A DNA stretch of 64,000 nt from Mizuhopecten yessoensis. Its lineage: Eukaryota. Below the pieces are notes generated by a model. That model saw only the letters and a list, made by a program, of their open reading frames with translations. It was not told where the DNA came from and ran no database searches. Location of the stretch: NCBI RefSeq assembly GCF_002113885.1, contig NW_018408902.1, positions 1,292,820-1,356,819 of the forward strand, given 5' to 3'. This document shows positions 12,119 to 23,800 of the stretch, piece after piece; position 1 is the first letter of the stretch; every line of letters begins with the position of its first letter. A program made the position numbers and the translations under genes.

Positions 12119-14161
12119 TCAAGTGACAAATCTCTTCAGAGCAGCGATCCTTTCCAGGGCAGGGTTTCGCTCATACTCCTCTTTCTTTGTATTAGCTGAG
12201 TCCAGGTAAGCACTGATGGCCCTAGGGTAGTCCCCAATGGTTTCGTAACATATTCCCAACATTGTATGCACCATCCAGTAGTCTCCTTGGCGCTCATCTA
12301 ACTTGACCACTATCATGTTACGTAGTGCTAAATCACGTCCCCTTTTGTCTCTGAGCTCATGGCAGCACATGAAGGACAGGAATACAGCATACGGCAGTGG
12401 GGTAATTAACACACCAACAAATGTGTTTCTTAATACCTCCAGGCGAAGGTGCGGAAGATGCATAACTCCTTCATGCACACGAATTTCATGTGTGAGTGTC
12501 TTCTTCAGTTTGTAAATTGAGGTATATCCTTTGCCACAGTATTGCTTTATATACACTGCTTCTTGTTTTTCTGGCAAGAGAGTATCTGGACGGATGTAAT
12601 ATGATGGCTGTGAAGTTATTTGTTTACACATCTGTAGGGCTTTTAAGTAGTTCCCTGTCAGGAAGTGAAGAGTTGCCAAATCCAAAACGTTTGTGCCCAT
12701 TGAGGTACAAAGTGTCAATCTGTGTTGACACTTCCTCCGGGTCCGATACCTGGTCTTGTTGTTTGTAAGTCCACCCATCAGGTTTTGATGAGCATTTGTG
12801 TTTGCTAATTCAGATACCAAACTGACAGTATCCGCAAATGTGAGCGCTTCGTCTACCTCTGAATGAGAGTGCATTAGTAACTTCATTGATCTAATAATGG
12901 GCAAATGGTTGTGTTCATCACTAGGCGGTAGAACCTGTTTCTCCAGGGTACGTTTGACATGCATATCCTGTGTGTACTCTATTTCTTGTGCAGTTTGTGC
13001 ACACATTAGTTTGGTTTGTACTCCAACATTACAAACACGTTCCAGTAAATTGACATTGCAGGGTGCCCCATGAACATGTGAAAGACAAAGGAGCTTCTTT
13101 GTATGAAACCTTTCCAAAATGTGAAGTAGTTTCTGTTGATTTTGGCCATGAACCTTTCTCTGGAACAAGTTGTTGGTTGGAATGAAGTAGTGGGGGAAGT
13201 GTTTTGCCCTGACATAAGATATCAAAATGTTAAAGCAAAACCAGAAACAATTAAATAAATGTCGTTCCTGCCAGAGCTTGGGATGAGAGTTTTCTATTGA
13301 AAAAAACATCAGTATTTTTAAATGATATGAGCACAAAATATCATCATCTTCTTTCCCAAAGATATTTCGCAGTGGGACTTTCATTTGTTTTAAAAAATAT
13401 TTCAGCAAAAAGTAAACTTGTATTTGTATGTGACTAAAAGAGTGAACTAACAGTCTCTCTGCTGATGTAAACGATATCCTCCACTGTAAAAGTGTGTCAT
13501 CAGAACATTTGTCTCCGACAGGAACAATGTGACAAACACTATGTACAATTTTGTCAATCAGTGCTTGTGTTGGCCATCCATACAGACGAGGACGTGTCAC
13601 CCATTGGTTAGCCTCCCTTGGCCAACTGTTACAGGGAAAGCATGTTACCATATCTACAAAACCATTCGAAAAGCTCGGCCCATTCGATTCATAAGGCATT
13701 TCTGCTGATTTGTTATACCCTTTTACAAAAGTTTCTCTGTACATGCCACTTGAAACAAATGTAGCATTTCCAATAGGAACAAGTGCATTAATTAGACTGA
13801 AGGAACATTTCTGTCCAATATGCCCTAATTGTAAGGCCACATATCCAGGTCGGCAGTCGGCCTCTCTCACATACAGCACAGTCCTTCGTGCAATGTCTGG
13901 AGAAACACACTGTCCGGGATACATAACCTCCACATTTTCATCTACAAACATGTAGTCAACATCTGAACCAAATACAAACATTCCTTCAGATTTACTTCCA
14001 CAAAGCACGGTCTTTCGGTAGTCAAAAATGTCATGAATATATTCGTGATTAAGCAAAGCTCTCCTCTTGAAGTCCATTATCACCCTTGTCCCTAAGATTT
14101 CGCTCTCAATGAGTTTTGACAGCAACACAGAAATCCTCTCAATATCCCATCGGCTCTCCAT
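12119..14161 (-). CDS. cGAS-like receptor (cGLR) / Mab-21-domain nucleotidyltransferase with C-terminal TPR-like repeats, ~680 aa, single coding exon
   Basis: Long ORF; NTase motif GSKSEG...SDVDYM, third acidic residue in VDMVTCFPCNSWP; Mab-21 motifs HIVPVG...QWRISFTSAERLLV and CSYHLKILMFFSIE; TPR-like LGICYETIGDYPRAISAY. Start placed at Met32 of the ORF (14161) because a splice acceptor (ttccattgcAG) lies 19 nt upstream. Confidence 0.92.
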   Translation of the reverse strand: MESRWDIERISVLLSKLIESEILGTRVIMDFKRRALLNHEYIHDIFDYRKTVLCGSKSEGMFVFGSDVDYMFVDENVEVMYPGQCVSPDIARRTVLYVREADCRPGYVALQLGHIGQKCSFSLINALVPIGNATFVSSGMYRETFVKGYNKSAEMPYESNGPSFSNGFVDMVTCFPCNSWPREANQWVTRPRLYGWPTQALIDKIVHSVCHIVPVGDKCSDDTLLQWRISFTSAERLLVHSFSHIQIQVYFLLKYFLKQMKVPLRNIFGKEDDDILCSYHLKILMFFSIENSHPKLWQERHLFNCFWFCFNILISYVRAKHFPHYFIPTNNLFQRKVHGQNQQKLLHILERFHTKKLLCLSHVHGAPCNVNLLERVCNVGVQTKLMCAQTAQEIEYTQDMHVKRTLEKQVLPPSDEHNHLPIIRSMKLLMHSHSEVDEALTFADTVSLVSELANTNAHQNLMGGLTNNKTRYRTRRKCQHRLTLCTSMGTNVLDLATLHFLTGNYLKALQMCKQITSQPSYYIRPDTLLPEKQEAVYIKQYCGKGYTSIYKLKKTLTHEIRVHEGVMHLPHLRLEVLRNTFVGVLITPLPYAVFLSFMCCHELRDKRGRDLALRNMIVVKLDERQGDYWMVHTMLGICYETIGDYPRAISAYLDSANTKKEEYERNPALERIAALKRFVT

Positions 14162-14180
14162 AGCTGTATGTTGGTGAGGT

Positions 14181-14200
14181 CTGCAATGGAAGAATATCTT
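14181..14200 (-). other. Splice acceptor preceding the cGLR coding exon (5' UTR intron)
   Basis: Minus strand atattcttccattgcAG|acctcaccaacatacagctATG. Confidence 0.65.
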
Positions 14201-14930
14201 TTTTCCTAAATATTTGATAAAACATAATAATGATATGCAACATTTATAAAGCATCCTATTTAAGTTGCAAAATTATTTTAAGACATGAATTACAGTATTA
14301 CTACAGTGAGCGTTATGAATAAGTTGATTAAAAAACATTACAATCAGCATTTATACATTGAGTATCAAGACATTTATCTTTTATTTTATGAGTTAAAGTT
14401 TGGTTATGCTTTTTCTCAAAAAGTGCTCAACAGATCTTTCTCAAGTTCATATAAAGATTTCCTTTGGTCCCTACTTGTAGCTTGAGAGTGATCCCAAAAG
14501 CAAGATGGCCATAGGCGGTCATCTTGGATTTTGACATTTCAAGAATATTATCACTATTCCCCAGGCAGTACTTAACAGATCTTTCTCATGTTGCAATTAT
14601 GGCTTTTTATTTCTTTCACATTAGGTACTGTACTCGTAAATGTGTGAAATAAAAATACACTTTGAACTTTGAACTTTGAAGGTTGTCTTTTAAACACAGC
14701 AGTATGAAGATCAAAAGGTGCATTTGCTGTTTACATGACTCAATCAAACAAATAAGAGAAAGGAAGAGAATACATCCAACTGACAAAGAACTAATGAAGA
14801 CGGTATGATGGTGGGCACCAAGATTCCTCTGGAATGACTTTACACACCTTACAATGGTGTGCATCAAAACAAATGTTCACGTTCAAAATGTTCAATGCCA
14901 ACTTGGCTGACATTCGGAAATGTCATTCAA

Positions 14931-15012
14931 CGCATTCACCCCTGAAGATACATATGAACCTTCCAGTTCAAACGTTGGAATAGTTCATAATGAAATTTCA
15001 GGGGTGAATTAG
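14931..15012. mobile_element. ~82-bp MITE with TIRs (cattcacccctgaa), TTAA-type target; same family as 21983-22065
   Basis: cattcacccctgaa...ttcaggggtgaat; flanked by tcaa/ttaa; clearly related second copy. Confidence 0.75.
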
Positions 15013-16199
15013 TTAAATGACATTTTCATGTGTATCTTTTATAGCCAGAGGTGAGAAAAAACTTCGGCCCACATAGGTAGACGTAATGACTCTTATTTCA
15101 GGAACTAGTTAGTTTTTTGATCCTGATGAAAGATTGCTTAAAATGTTTAAAAGTTCGAGTTAAAGTGGTCTGTACCATTTAGGCCGACATTTTAAACCAT
15201 GACATTTGTGGGATTTCAATGTGTACATGATGTCAATAATAGCTACAGTCAACTTTCCTTAAATCGAACTACAAAGATTCAAATTTCTCAATTTGTCGAA
15301 CTTATAAAAAAGTCAAGATGTCTTTCCTAATACACACTCCTAACATTCGATTCATTAATCAAACTTTTGTGAGTTGAATTTTTTGAATACTTCAAAGTAT
15401 ATTCAAGATCCGTTCGTTTTGAAAACATTGAAATTTACAACTTATAAATTGAACTGAAAAAGAAAGATCTTTACATTACATTGAAATGTTAACATAGGCA
15501 TATGTCAAAGACAATGGTATGTACGAATCGTGTTTACGTTTTTATACGCTCGTCGAAAGGCAGTACGTATTCTATTATCATGTGAGTGGGCTGGCGGACA
15601 GGCGCGAACTGTGTCCGGTCGACATCTCGATGAGTTATGTTTAAAATGGACATCAAACTTCATAGGAAGATTCATTGCCATCAAATCTCAAATAATTTCT
15701 ATAACTGCATTTATTCCAAATGTGGTTGGGTTTAGACTACAAGTAGTAGTCTTTAGACTTTAAGAGAGTCGGATAACCCATAAGGAAGTCTTTGTTTTGA
15801 TATATGGAACGATGAGTCCTACAAACTAAGAGTGAGGATTGGATGCTGAGACATGTAACAGGAAAAGAAATGTTCAATATAAACATAAAATCCAGTGGAA
15901 AATTAAAAATTCTTCCTTGTACAGGAAGTATATGCACTTTCTATTTCGTAATTTTGTTCATATTTGTTTAAAGTCGAGGAACATATCGTTGAAAATGACA
16001 TCATATATCACATTGAAATGATGTCATGGTTCAGAATGTCGGCCAAACGGGTACGGACCACTTTGACCTCGAACTTTTTGTTTTAAGCAAACCTAGTAAT
16101 TTTCAGACAAAATGCCGCCTGTTGTCCATCGCTTTTCAAAACGTAGTTCAAAATAAAAAAAATAAAGGTTTTATCTTACTCGGCGAAAATGACAACTAT

Positions 16200-16698
16200 T
16201 AACTAGTAGTTTACTTGGCACTCAGCTAGCCTAAAGTGTCAACTCTTAGAAAATACTACAAAGTTTGTTCAAATAAATGATCTTCACTCATACTCAATGA
16301 CACAATGGTCAAATATGTTCAAATTTTTAAACACATTCTTCTGAATAACCAAAATGTCTAGGGTGATGATATTTAGCGAGTAGCGTGCTGGGATGAACAG
16401 TTTGTTTGCGTGAATGACCTTGACACACTATCAAGGTCACATCTGGTCAATTGTGTACAAATCTTTTAAAGTCAACTTCTCCATAAACAAAGGTCTAGAG
16501 TGGTCATATTTGGAGAGTTGCATTCTGGGATGAAGGAATATAAAGTTTCAAGGTCACAGGGGTCAAATGTGTTTTGAATGACTTGATGTCAAGACACTGG
16601 TATTTTGCCTGTAACTTTATTATAGTCCACTTTTAAGGTTACCAGTGTGAGATTTATACAAGGTGAGCGATGCAATGCAGGCCCGTTGGGCCTCTTGT
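16200..16698 (+). mobile_element. Degenerate Helentron-type element 3' part (duplicated at ~17880-18360)
   Basis: gaccttga/tcaaggtca core-repeat motifs, ending aggtgagcga...aggccc-gtt-gggcct-cttgt hairpin. Confidence 0.65.
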
Positions 16699-19490
16699 CA
16701 TACCCAGTAGCAAAGCATGAAAATGTACACAGTAGTTAAAAATACAACAATGATATACATATCATCATTATATTGTATTTTATTGGCATCAACATTATGT
16801 CGTAACAAACATGACAGAATAGACCAATCGAAAGTATCATATCTATTTCAAGGCCCATTATTTACTAGTTCAACCAGTGTTTAGGCAGAATAGGGAGTAG
16901 GTGCTGGCCAGTTTGTGGTTATGAAGACCATCAATGCTCCTGAGATATGGTAAATTGTTCTGCTGATTTGGCGGTTTCACAGGCAGCCTAGTCTCGCGGT
17001 CAAGTGACAAACCTTATCCACATAGGACCAGTCTCTAGAATCAGACATCTAAGTGATCGAAATTATTAGAGTAAATATTTTTCTGAATAATTCAGTATTC
17101 TCGAGACGGGGGCCAGTCTAACGAAACATGTTCGTAGATGATATCTATGATATATCGCACACAGCATGTTGATGAGCGTGTATTAGCAGTCATCATTTAA
17201 AACGTGTCCGTATTTACCCGAATGTCCCTTAATAGATTATTGATAAAATTATGATTTTAAAGGTGAACAAATGTCTTACCTCTCTTATATTTGCTCAGAA
17301 ATGCTTCATAATTTCAGAAAGGTCAGGCCCTAAGTCTTCGATAAAAACATCTCCATGAGTGTGAGACTTGTTCTGTCATATCTTCTGATTAATTCCAAGT
17401 GTGGTTGGGTTTTAGTCAGAAGTGGTCTTTTAACTTTGGGAGGGTCGGATAACCCATAAGGAAGTCTTTGTTTTGATATATGGATCGATGAGTCCTGCAA
17501 TCTAAGAGTGAGGATTGGATGCTCAGATATGTAACAGGAAAAGAATTTTTCAATATAAACATAAACTCCAGTGGAAAATTTAAAATTCTTCCTTGTACAT
17601 GTAGTAAATGCACTTTCTATTTCGTAATTTTGTTCATATTTGTTTGAAGTCGAGGAAAATATCGTTGCTAATGACATCATATATCACATTGAAATGATGT
17701 CATGGTTCAGAATTTCGGCAAAACGGGTATGGACCACTTTGACCTCGAACTTTTTGTTTTAAGCAAACCTAGTCATTTTCAGACAAACTGCCACCTGTTG
17801 TCCATCGCTTTTCAAAACGTAGTTCAAAATAAAAAAAGGTTTTATCTTACTCGGCGAAAATGACAACTATCAACTAGTAGTTTACTTGGCACTCAGCTAG
17901 CCTAAAGTGTCAACTCTTAGAAAATACTACCAAGTTTGTTCAAGTAAATGATCTTCCCCCATACTCAATGTCACAATGGTCAAATATGTTCAAATTTTTA
18001 AACACATTCTTCTGAATAACCAAAATGTCCAGAGTGATGATATTTAGCGAGTAGCGTGCTGGGATGAACAGTTTGTTTGCGTGAATGACCTTGACACACT
18101 ATCAAGGTCACATCTGGTCAATTGTGTACAAATCTTTTAAAGTCAACTTCTCCATAAAGGTCTAGAGTGGTCATATTTAGAGAGTTGCATTCTGGGATGA
18201 AGGAATATAAAGTTTCAAGGTCACAGGGGTCAAATGTGTTTTGAATGACTTGAAGTCAAGACACTGGTATTTTGCCTGTAACTTTATTTTAGTCCACTTT
18301 TAAGGTTACCAGTGTGAGATTTATACAAGGTGAGCGATGCAGGCCCGTTGGGCCTCTTGTCATATCCAGTAGCAAAGCATGAAAATGTACACAGTAGTTA
18401 AAAATACAACAATGATATACATATCATCATTATATTGTATTTTATTGGCATCAACATTATGTCGTAACAAACATGACAGAATAGACCAATCGAAAGTATC
18501 ATATCTATTTCAAGGCCCATTATTTACTAGTTCAACCAGTGTTTAGGCAGAAAAGGGAGTAGGTGCTCGCCAGTTTGTGGTTATGAAGACCATCAATGCT
18601 CCTGAGATATGGTTAATTGTCCTGCTGATTTGGCGGTTTCACAGGCAGCCTAGACTCGCGGTCAAGTGACAAACCTTATCCACATAGGACCAGTCTCTAG
18701 AATCAGACATCTAAGTGATCGAAATTATTAGAGTAAATATTTTTTCTGAATAATTCAGTATTCTCGAGACGGGGGCCAGTCTAACGAAACATGTGCGTAG
18801 ATGATATCTATGATATATCGCACACAGCATGTTGATGAGCGTGTATTAGCAGTCATCATTCAAAACGTGTCCGTATTTACCCGAATGTCCCTTAAAAGAT
18901 TATTGATAAAATTATGATTTTAAAGGTGAACAAATGTCTTACCTCTCTGTTGTATTTGCTCAGAAATGCTTCATAATTTCAGAAAGGTCAGGCCCTAAGT
19001 CTTCGATAAAAACATCTCCATGAGTGTGAGACTTGTTCTGTCATATCTTCTGATTAATTCCAAGTGTGGTTGGGTTTTAGTCAGAAGTGGTCTTTTAACT
19101 TTGGGAGGGTCGGATAACCCATAAGGAAGTCTTTGTTTTGATATATGGATCGATGAGTCCTGCAATCTAAGAGTGAGGATTGGATGCTCAGATATGTAAC
19201 AGGAAAAGAATTTTTCAATATAAACATAAACTCCAGTGGAAAATTAAAAATTCTTCCTTGTACAGGAGGTAGATGCACTTTCGTAATTTTTTTTAATATT
19301 TGTTTAAAGTCGAGGAAAATATCGTTGCTAATGACATCATATATCACAATGAAATGATATCATGATTCAGAATTTCGGCCAAAAGGGTATGGACCACTTT
19401 GACCTAAAACTTTTGTTTTAAGCAAACCTGGTAATTTTCAGACAAAATGCCACCTGTAAGTCATCGCTTTTCAAAACATTTTTCAAATTA

Positions 19491-20711
19491 AACAAGAGGT
19501 CCATGGGCCTTAACGATCACCTGAGTTCTCAAATATTTATACAGAGAGAATAATATTCAAAGTGACAAAAAACAATGAAACCACCTTATTCAATAGCTAG
19601 CATACAGATTTGAGACTGAAAAGTATTTGAAACTAGCTCCTCTGATTCCAAACAAGGAAAATGAATTTTGCACACTGACTCCTTTGAGCCCCGCCCTATA
19701 GCCCTTGGGGGGAGGACTGGTTCAAAATTTTCAAAGTATCAAACTGTCAATTCAGGGTTATAATTCAAGTTATCAACATGTAATATCCAAAGTAGCATTC
19801 GCCAGTATAAACCAGTTTTTGCCCCACCCATCAGCCCCTGGGGGTCAGTCAGGGCTGATATGTGAAAACCATCAAACTACTATCCAATAATGATAATGCT
19901 AACCCAAATTGAATTACTTCCAATGGAAATTAAACAAATGTTGGTCCAAAATGTGACTTCCCTATATAAACTATAGTAAAGTTTACCCCCCTCCCCAGGG
20001 GGAATCGTGAATTCCCAGGGTCATAAAATTCACAATTTTGATCATGCACTTTAAGCCCCTTTCATCTGTGAATAGTATTTGATTCTACCATATCTGGGTC
20101 TTGAGATTTTTTCTTTTAAATTTCAGTCAATTCTACCCTTTTTGGCCCACCCATCAGCCTCTGGGGGTCAGTCAGGGCTGATATGTGTAAACCATCAAAC
20201 TGCTATCCAATACTGATAATGCTAACCCAAATTGAATTACTTCCAATGGAATTAAACAAATGTTGGTCCAAAATGTGATTTCCCTATATAAACTATAATA
20301 AAGTTTACCCCCTCCCCAGGGGGAACTGTGAGAGTCCTAGGGTCATGAAATTCACACTTTTGGTAAAGCACCTTAAGACCCTTCCATCTATAAAGAGAGT
20401 ATTTGATTCCACCATATCTGGATCTTGAGAAGAAGATTTTGACATTTTAGTCAATTTGACCCCTTTTGACCCCGCTTCTCAGGTCCCTGAGGACTGGGGA
20501 CCATATAATTCACAGGTTTGATTGACCTTTGGCCATGGAAGGTTTCTGTAAAATTTCATCGAAATTGGTTTAGGAGTTTTGGAGAAGTAGACGAAAATGT
20601 AAATTGTTTACGGACTCACGACGGACGACGGACGCCGGACGACGCCAGAAGACACCGGACAAAGGGGGATCGCAATAGGTCACTTGAGACTTTGTCTCAG
20701 GTGACCTAAAA
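19491..20711 (-). mobile_element. Non-autonomous Helentron-type element (aggtcac subfamily) inserted into third copy of the triplication
   Basis: Left aacaagaggtccatgggcct...gatcacctgag; right gacg microsatellite and aggtcac...gtgacctaaaaa; ~320-bp internal repeats; empty A-rich site visible in copies 1 and 2. Confidence 0.85.
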
Positions 20712-21982
20712 ATGGTTTTGTCTTACTCGGCGAAAATTACAACTATTTACTAGTAGTTCACTTGGCACTCTGCTAGCCTAAAGTGTCAACACTTAGAAAA
20801 TACTACAAAGTTTACTCAAATAAATTATCTTCACCCATACTCTAGGTCACAACAGTCAAATATGTTCAAAATTTTAAACAAATTCTTCTGAATAACCAAA
20901 ATGCCCAAGGTGACGATATTTGGCCAGTAGGATGCTAGGATGAAGGGCTACAAAGTTTGTTCAAATGAATGACCTTCAGTCATAGTCAAGGTCACGTAGG
21001 TTTATTGTCATAAACAACCTTAAAACAACTTCGTAATAACCAAAAGGTCCAGGATGATGATATATGGTCATAAACATACTGGCATGAATGCCTGCCAAGT
21101 TTGTTTAAATGAACGTTCAATGTTACAGGGGTCAAACATGTTTGAAATCTGAAAAAAAAAACCTTCTGAAAAACTAAAAGGCGCATAATGATGATATTTG
21201 GCCAGTAACATGCTGGGATCAAGGGCTACTCAGTTTGTTTAAATGAAAGACCTTGACTTTCGTCACAAGGTCACGGGGTCAAATATGTTTGAACCGTAAA
21301 AAGGCTTGTGAATAACTATAAGGCTCAGAATGTTGATATTTGGCCAGTAGCATGCTAGGATGAAAGGCTACCAATTTGCATCAAAGGTGACTGGGGTCAA
21401 ACTTGTTTAAAATCGTTAAACAACTTCTTCTGACTAACCATGATGCTCAGAATGTTGATATTTGGCAAGGAGCATTTTAATGACCTTGACCCACTTTCAA
21501 GGTCACATTTTGGAAATATATATAAACCTTTAAATGAGGCTGATGGACCAATGACAAACATGCTATATTAATCGTTAGTGACCTTGACCTTATAAACAGG
21601 ACCCAGATCTACAGACACATTCCAGGTATTTGTTAGAACTGACCACTTTTTTGTCTCGTCAAAATCTGATAAAAAATAAGGTCTGAAGAAAAAAGACAAA
21701 CATAAATAACGTTGAGAGAAAAATGAATAACATTGCTATTAACTGTGACCTTGAAGTGTTAAGTTTTTCTGATTTTGATGTAATTAACCTAATGTAACGT
21801 TTAATCCAGATGAGAGCAGAATTGAGCTAGATCAGCGTAGACAGTTTTTATCCCAATGGCCAGGTTTCAGAGAACCTCGGGATTTTAATTTGGGTGTGTC
21901 TGTCTGTATGTCACACTTGGTATCTGTACAAAAACTCCCCTAAAATTGGTTTCATTTCAGCCAGATTTGGTGCATACATTAA

Positions 21983-22065
21983 CTCATTCACCCCTGAAGA
22001 CACATTTGAACTCCTCCAACTCAAAGGTTGGAATAGTTCATTATGAAATTTCAGGGGTGAATGAG
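21983..22065. mobile_element. 83-bp MITE with 16-bp TIRs and TTAA target site (piggyBac-like)
   Basis: ttaa|ctcattcacccctgaa...ttcaggggtgaatgag|ttaa. Confidence 0.8.
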
Positions 22066-22080
22066 TTAACTTTTATAAAA

Positions 22081-23466
22081 CCAGAGGCCCTGTATCGCTC
22101 ACCTGGTTAACTAAGCAATCATGGCAAAATATTCTCCAAATGAGATCCAAGGGAATATGCCAGACCCCAAGTCCAATCCTTGTAGCATATCTGTATTAGA
22201 TTTTTCATGCCCAGCAATTTTATGTATGGTTATGGGGTGGGGATCTCAACTGTTTCCAAGCTGTGACTCAGAAACTAGGTCCCTAGGGTTGTGGCCAGAC
22301 CCCAGGATCAATTCTACTATCATGACTGCATTCGTCTCTTTTTGCACAGCATTTGTATTTATAGTTTTGGGGTGGGGATCTCGACCGTTTCAAAGTTATG
22401 ACCGAAGGGTTAAGTCTGCAAGGGTGGGGCAGACCCTGGGGTCAATTCTAATATAATTACTGCATTAGTCTCTTTATGCCAAACAATTGTATATATGGTT
22501 TTGGGGTGGGGATCTTAACCATTTGGAAGTTATGACCCAGGGGTTAAGTCTCCAAGGGTGGTGCAGACCTCAAGGCCAACCTAGAAGCATTTGTACATTC
22601 ATCTCTTTATACTCAGCAATTGTATTTTTTTATAGGGTGGGGACATCAACTGTTTCCAAGCTGTGACTAAGAAACTAGGTCCCTAGGGGTTTGGTCAGAC
22701 CCAGGGTCTTTTCTAATATCATGACTGTATTCGTCTCTTTATGCCCAGCATTTGTATATAATAGTTTTTGGGTGGGGATCTCAACCGTTTCAAAGTTATG
22801 ACCCAGGGACTATGTATCAAAGGGTGGGGCCAGACCCTAGGGCAATCCTGGAAGCAAATGTGCATTCTTCTCTCTATACTCAGCAATTGTTTAATGGTTA
22901 TACGGTGGAGATCTCGACCATTTCCAAGTATTTTTTTTTTTTTTGCCTCACCCCTTAGCCCGGGGGTCAGCCCCACCATTTGTATAATTTTGAATCCCTG
23001 CCTCTCATGAATGCTTCCTACCAAATATGATCGATAGCCATGGCAAAGTTCTACAGAAAAATTCGTTCATAGCAATATAGCCAAATACCCTTTTTGGCCC
23101 CCGCCCCTGAGCCCCCTGGAGGGTCAGCCACACCATTTGTACAATTTTGAATCCCTGCCTCCCATAAATGCTTTTGATCAAACATGATTGATATACAGTG
23201 CATAGTTCTACAGAAGAAGTCGTTTGTAGCAATATAGTCAGATTGACCCCTTTTGGCACCGCCCCTCAGCCCCCTTGGGGGTCAGCCCAGTCATTTGTAC
23301 AATTTTGAATCCCTACCACCTAGGGATGCTTCGAGTCAAATTTAGTTGAATTTCAATCAGTGGTTAAGAAGAAGAAGAGGTCGTTTAAAGAATGTATTGA
23401 CGTACGGACCACGGACGCCACGGTATGGCATAAGCTCACCTTGGTCCTTCGGACCTGGTGGGCTAA
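22081..23466 (-). mobile_element. Non-autonomous Helentron-type element, same family as 9431-10683, with extra internal repeat block
   Basis: ccagaggccctgtatcgctcacctgg at left, ggcataagctcacc...ggtgggctaa at right; shares the caagggaatatgccagacccc segment with the reverse complement of 10560-10650. Confidence 0.8.
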
Positions 23467-23617
23467 CAAAAAGGCTTGCATGCTCATTGAAAGTATGTTT
23501 AGGAAAGTCTCGTATATAAAAACGAGAGGTACTGATTTAAATATGATTCTTGGCAGACAAGGTGGGAATCAGGGAGTCCTTAGAACCTTGGTTATATTCC
23601 TTTCAGTGAACATCATA

Positions 23618-23800
23618 AGGTGGTCGGTTGATCAGGTAGAACTCGCCTTTCACCACGATGGCCGTGGTTCGACTCCCCGATCAGATATGAAAAGGTATTG
23701 GATCACCTGCCCGACCACGAGGGATTTCTTCGGGTACTCCGGTTTCCTCCAACATTAAGAGCTCCTGCACGCTTCCGACTAGGCCACCAAGAGTGATTAA
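23618..23800 (+). mobile_element. tRNA-derived SINE with V-domain-like core
   Basis: B-box ggttcgactcc; cgggtactccggtttcctcc matches the conserved V-SINE core as I recall it; homologous to 2508-2622. Confidence 0.7.

Larger units (their letters stand above)
15713..20960. repeat. Tandem triplication of a ~1.67-kb unit (copies start ~15713, ~17392, ~19057; third partial and interrupted)
   Basis: Anchor attccaa(a/g)tgtggttgggt recurs at 1679- and 1665-bp spacing; near-identical ORF fragments at 15737, 17416, 19081. Confidence 0.93.

Noticed and set aside
14162-14254. N-terminal 31 aa of the 711-aa ORF as a signal peptide
   Set aside because: Mostly upstream of a clear splice acceptor and AT-rich; likely intron/UTR
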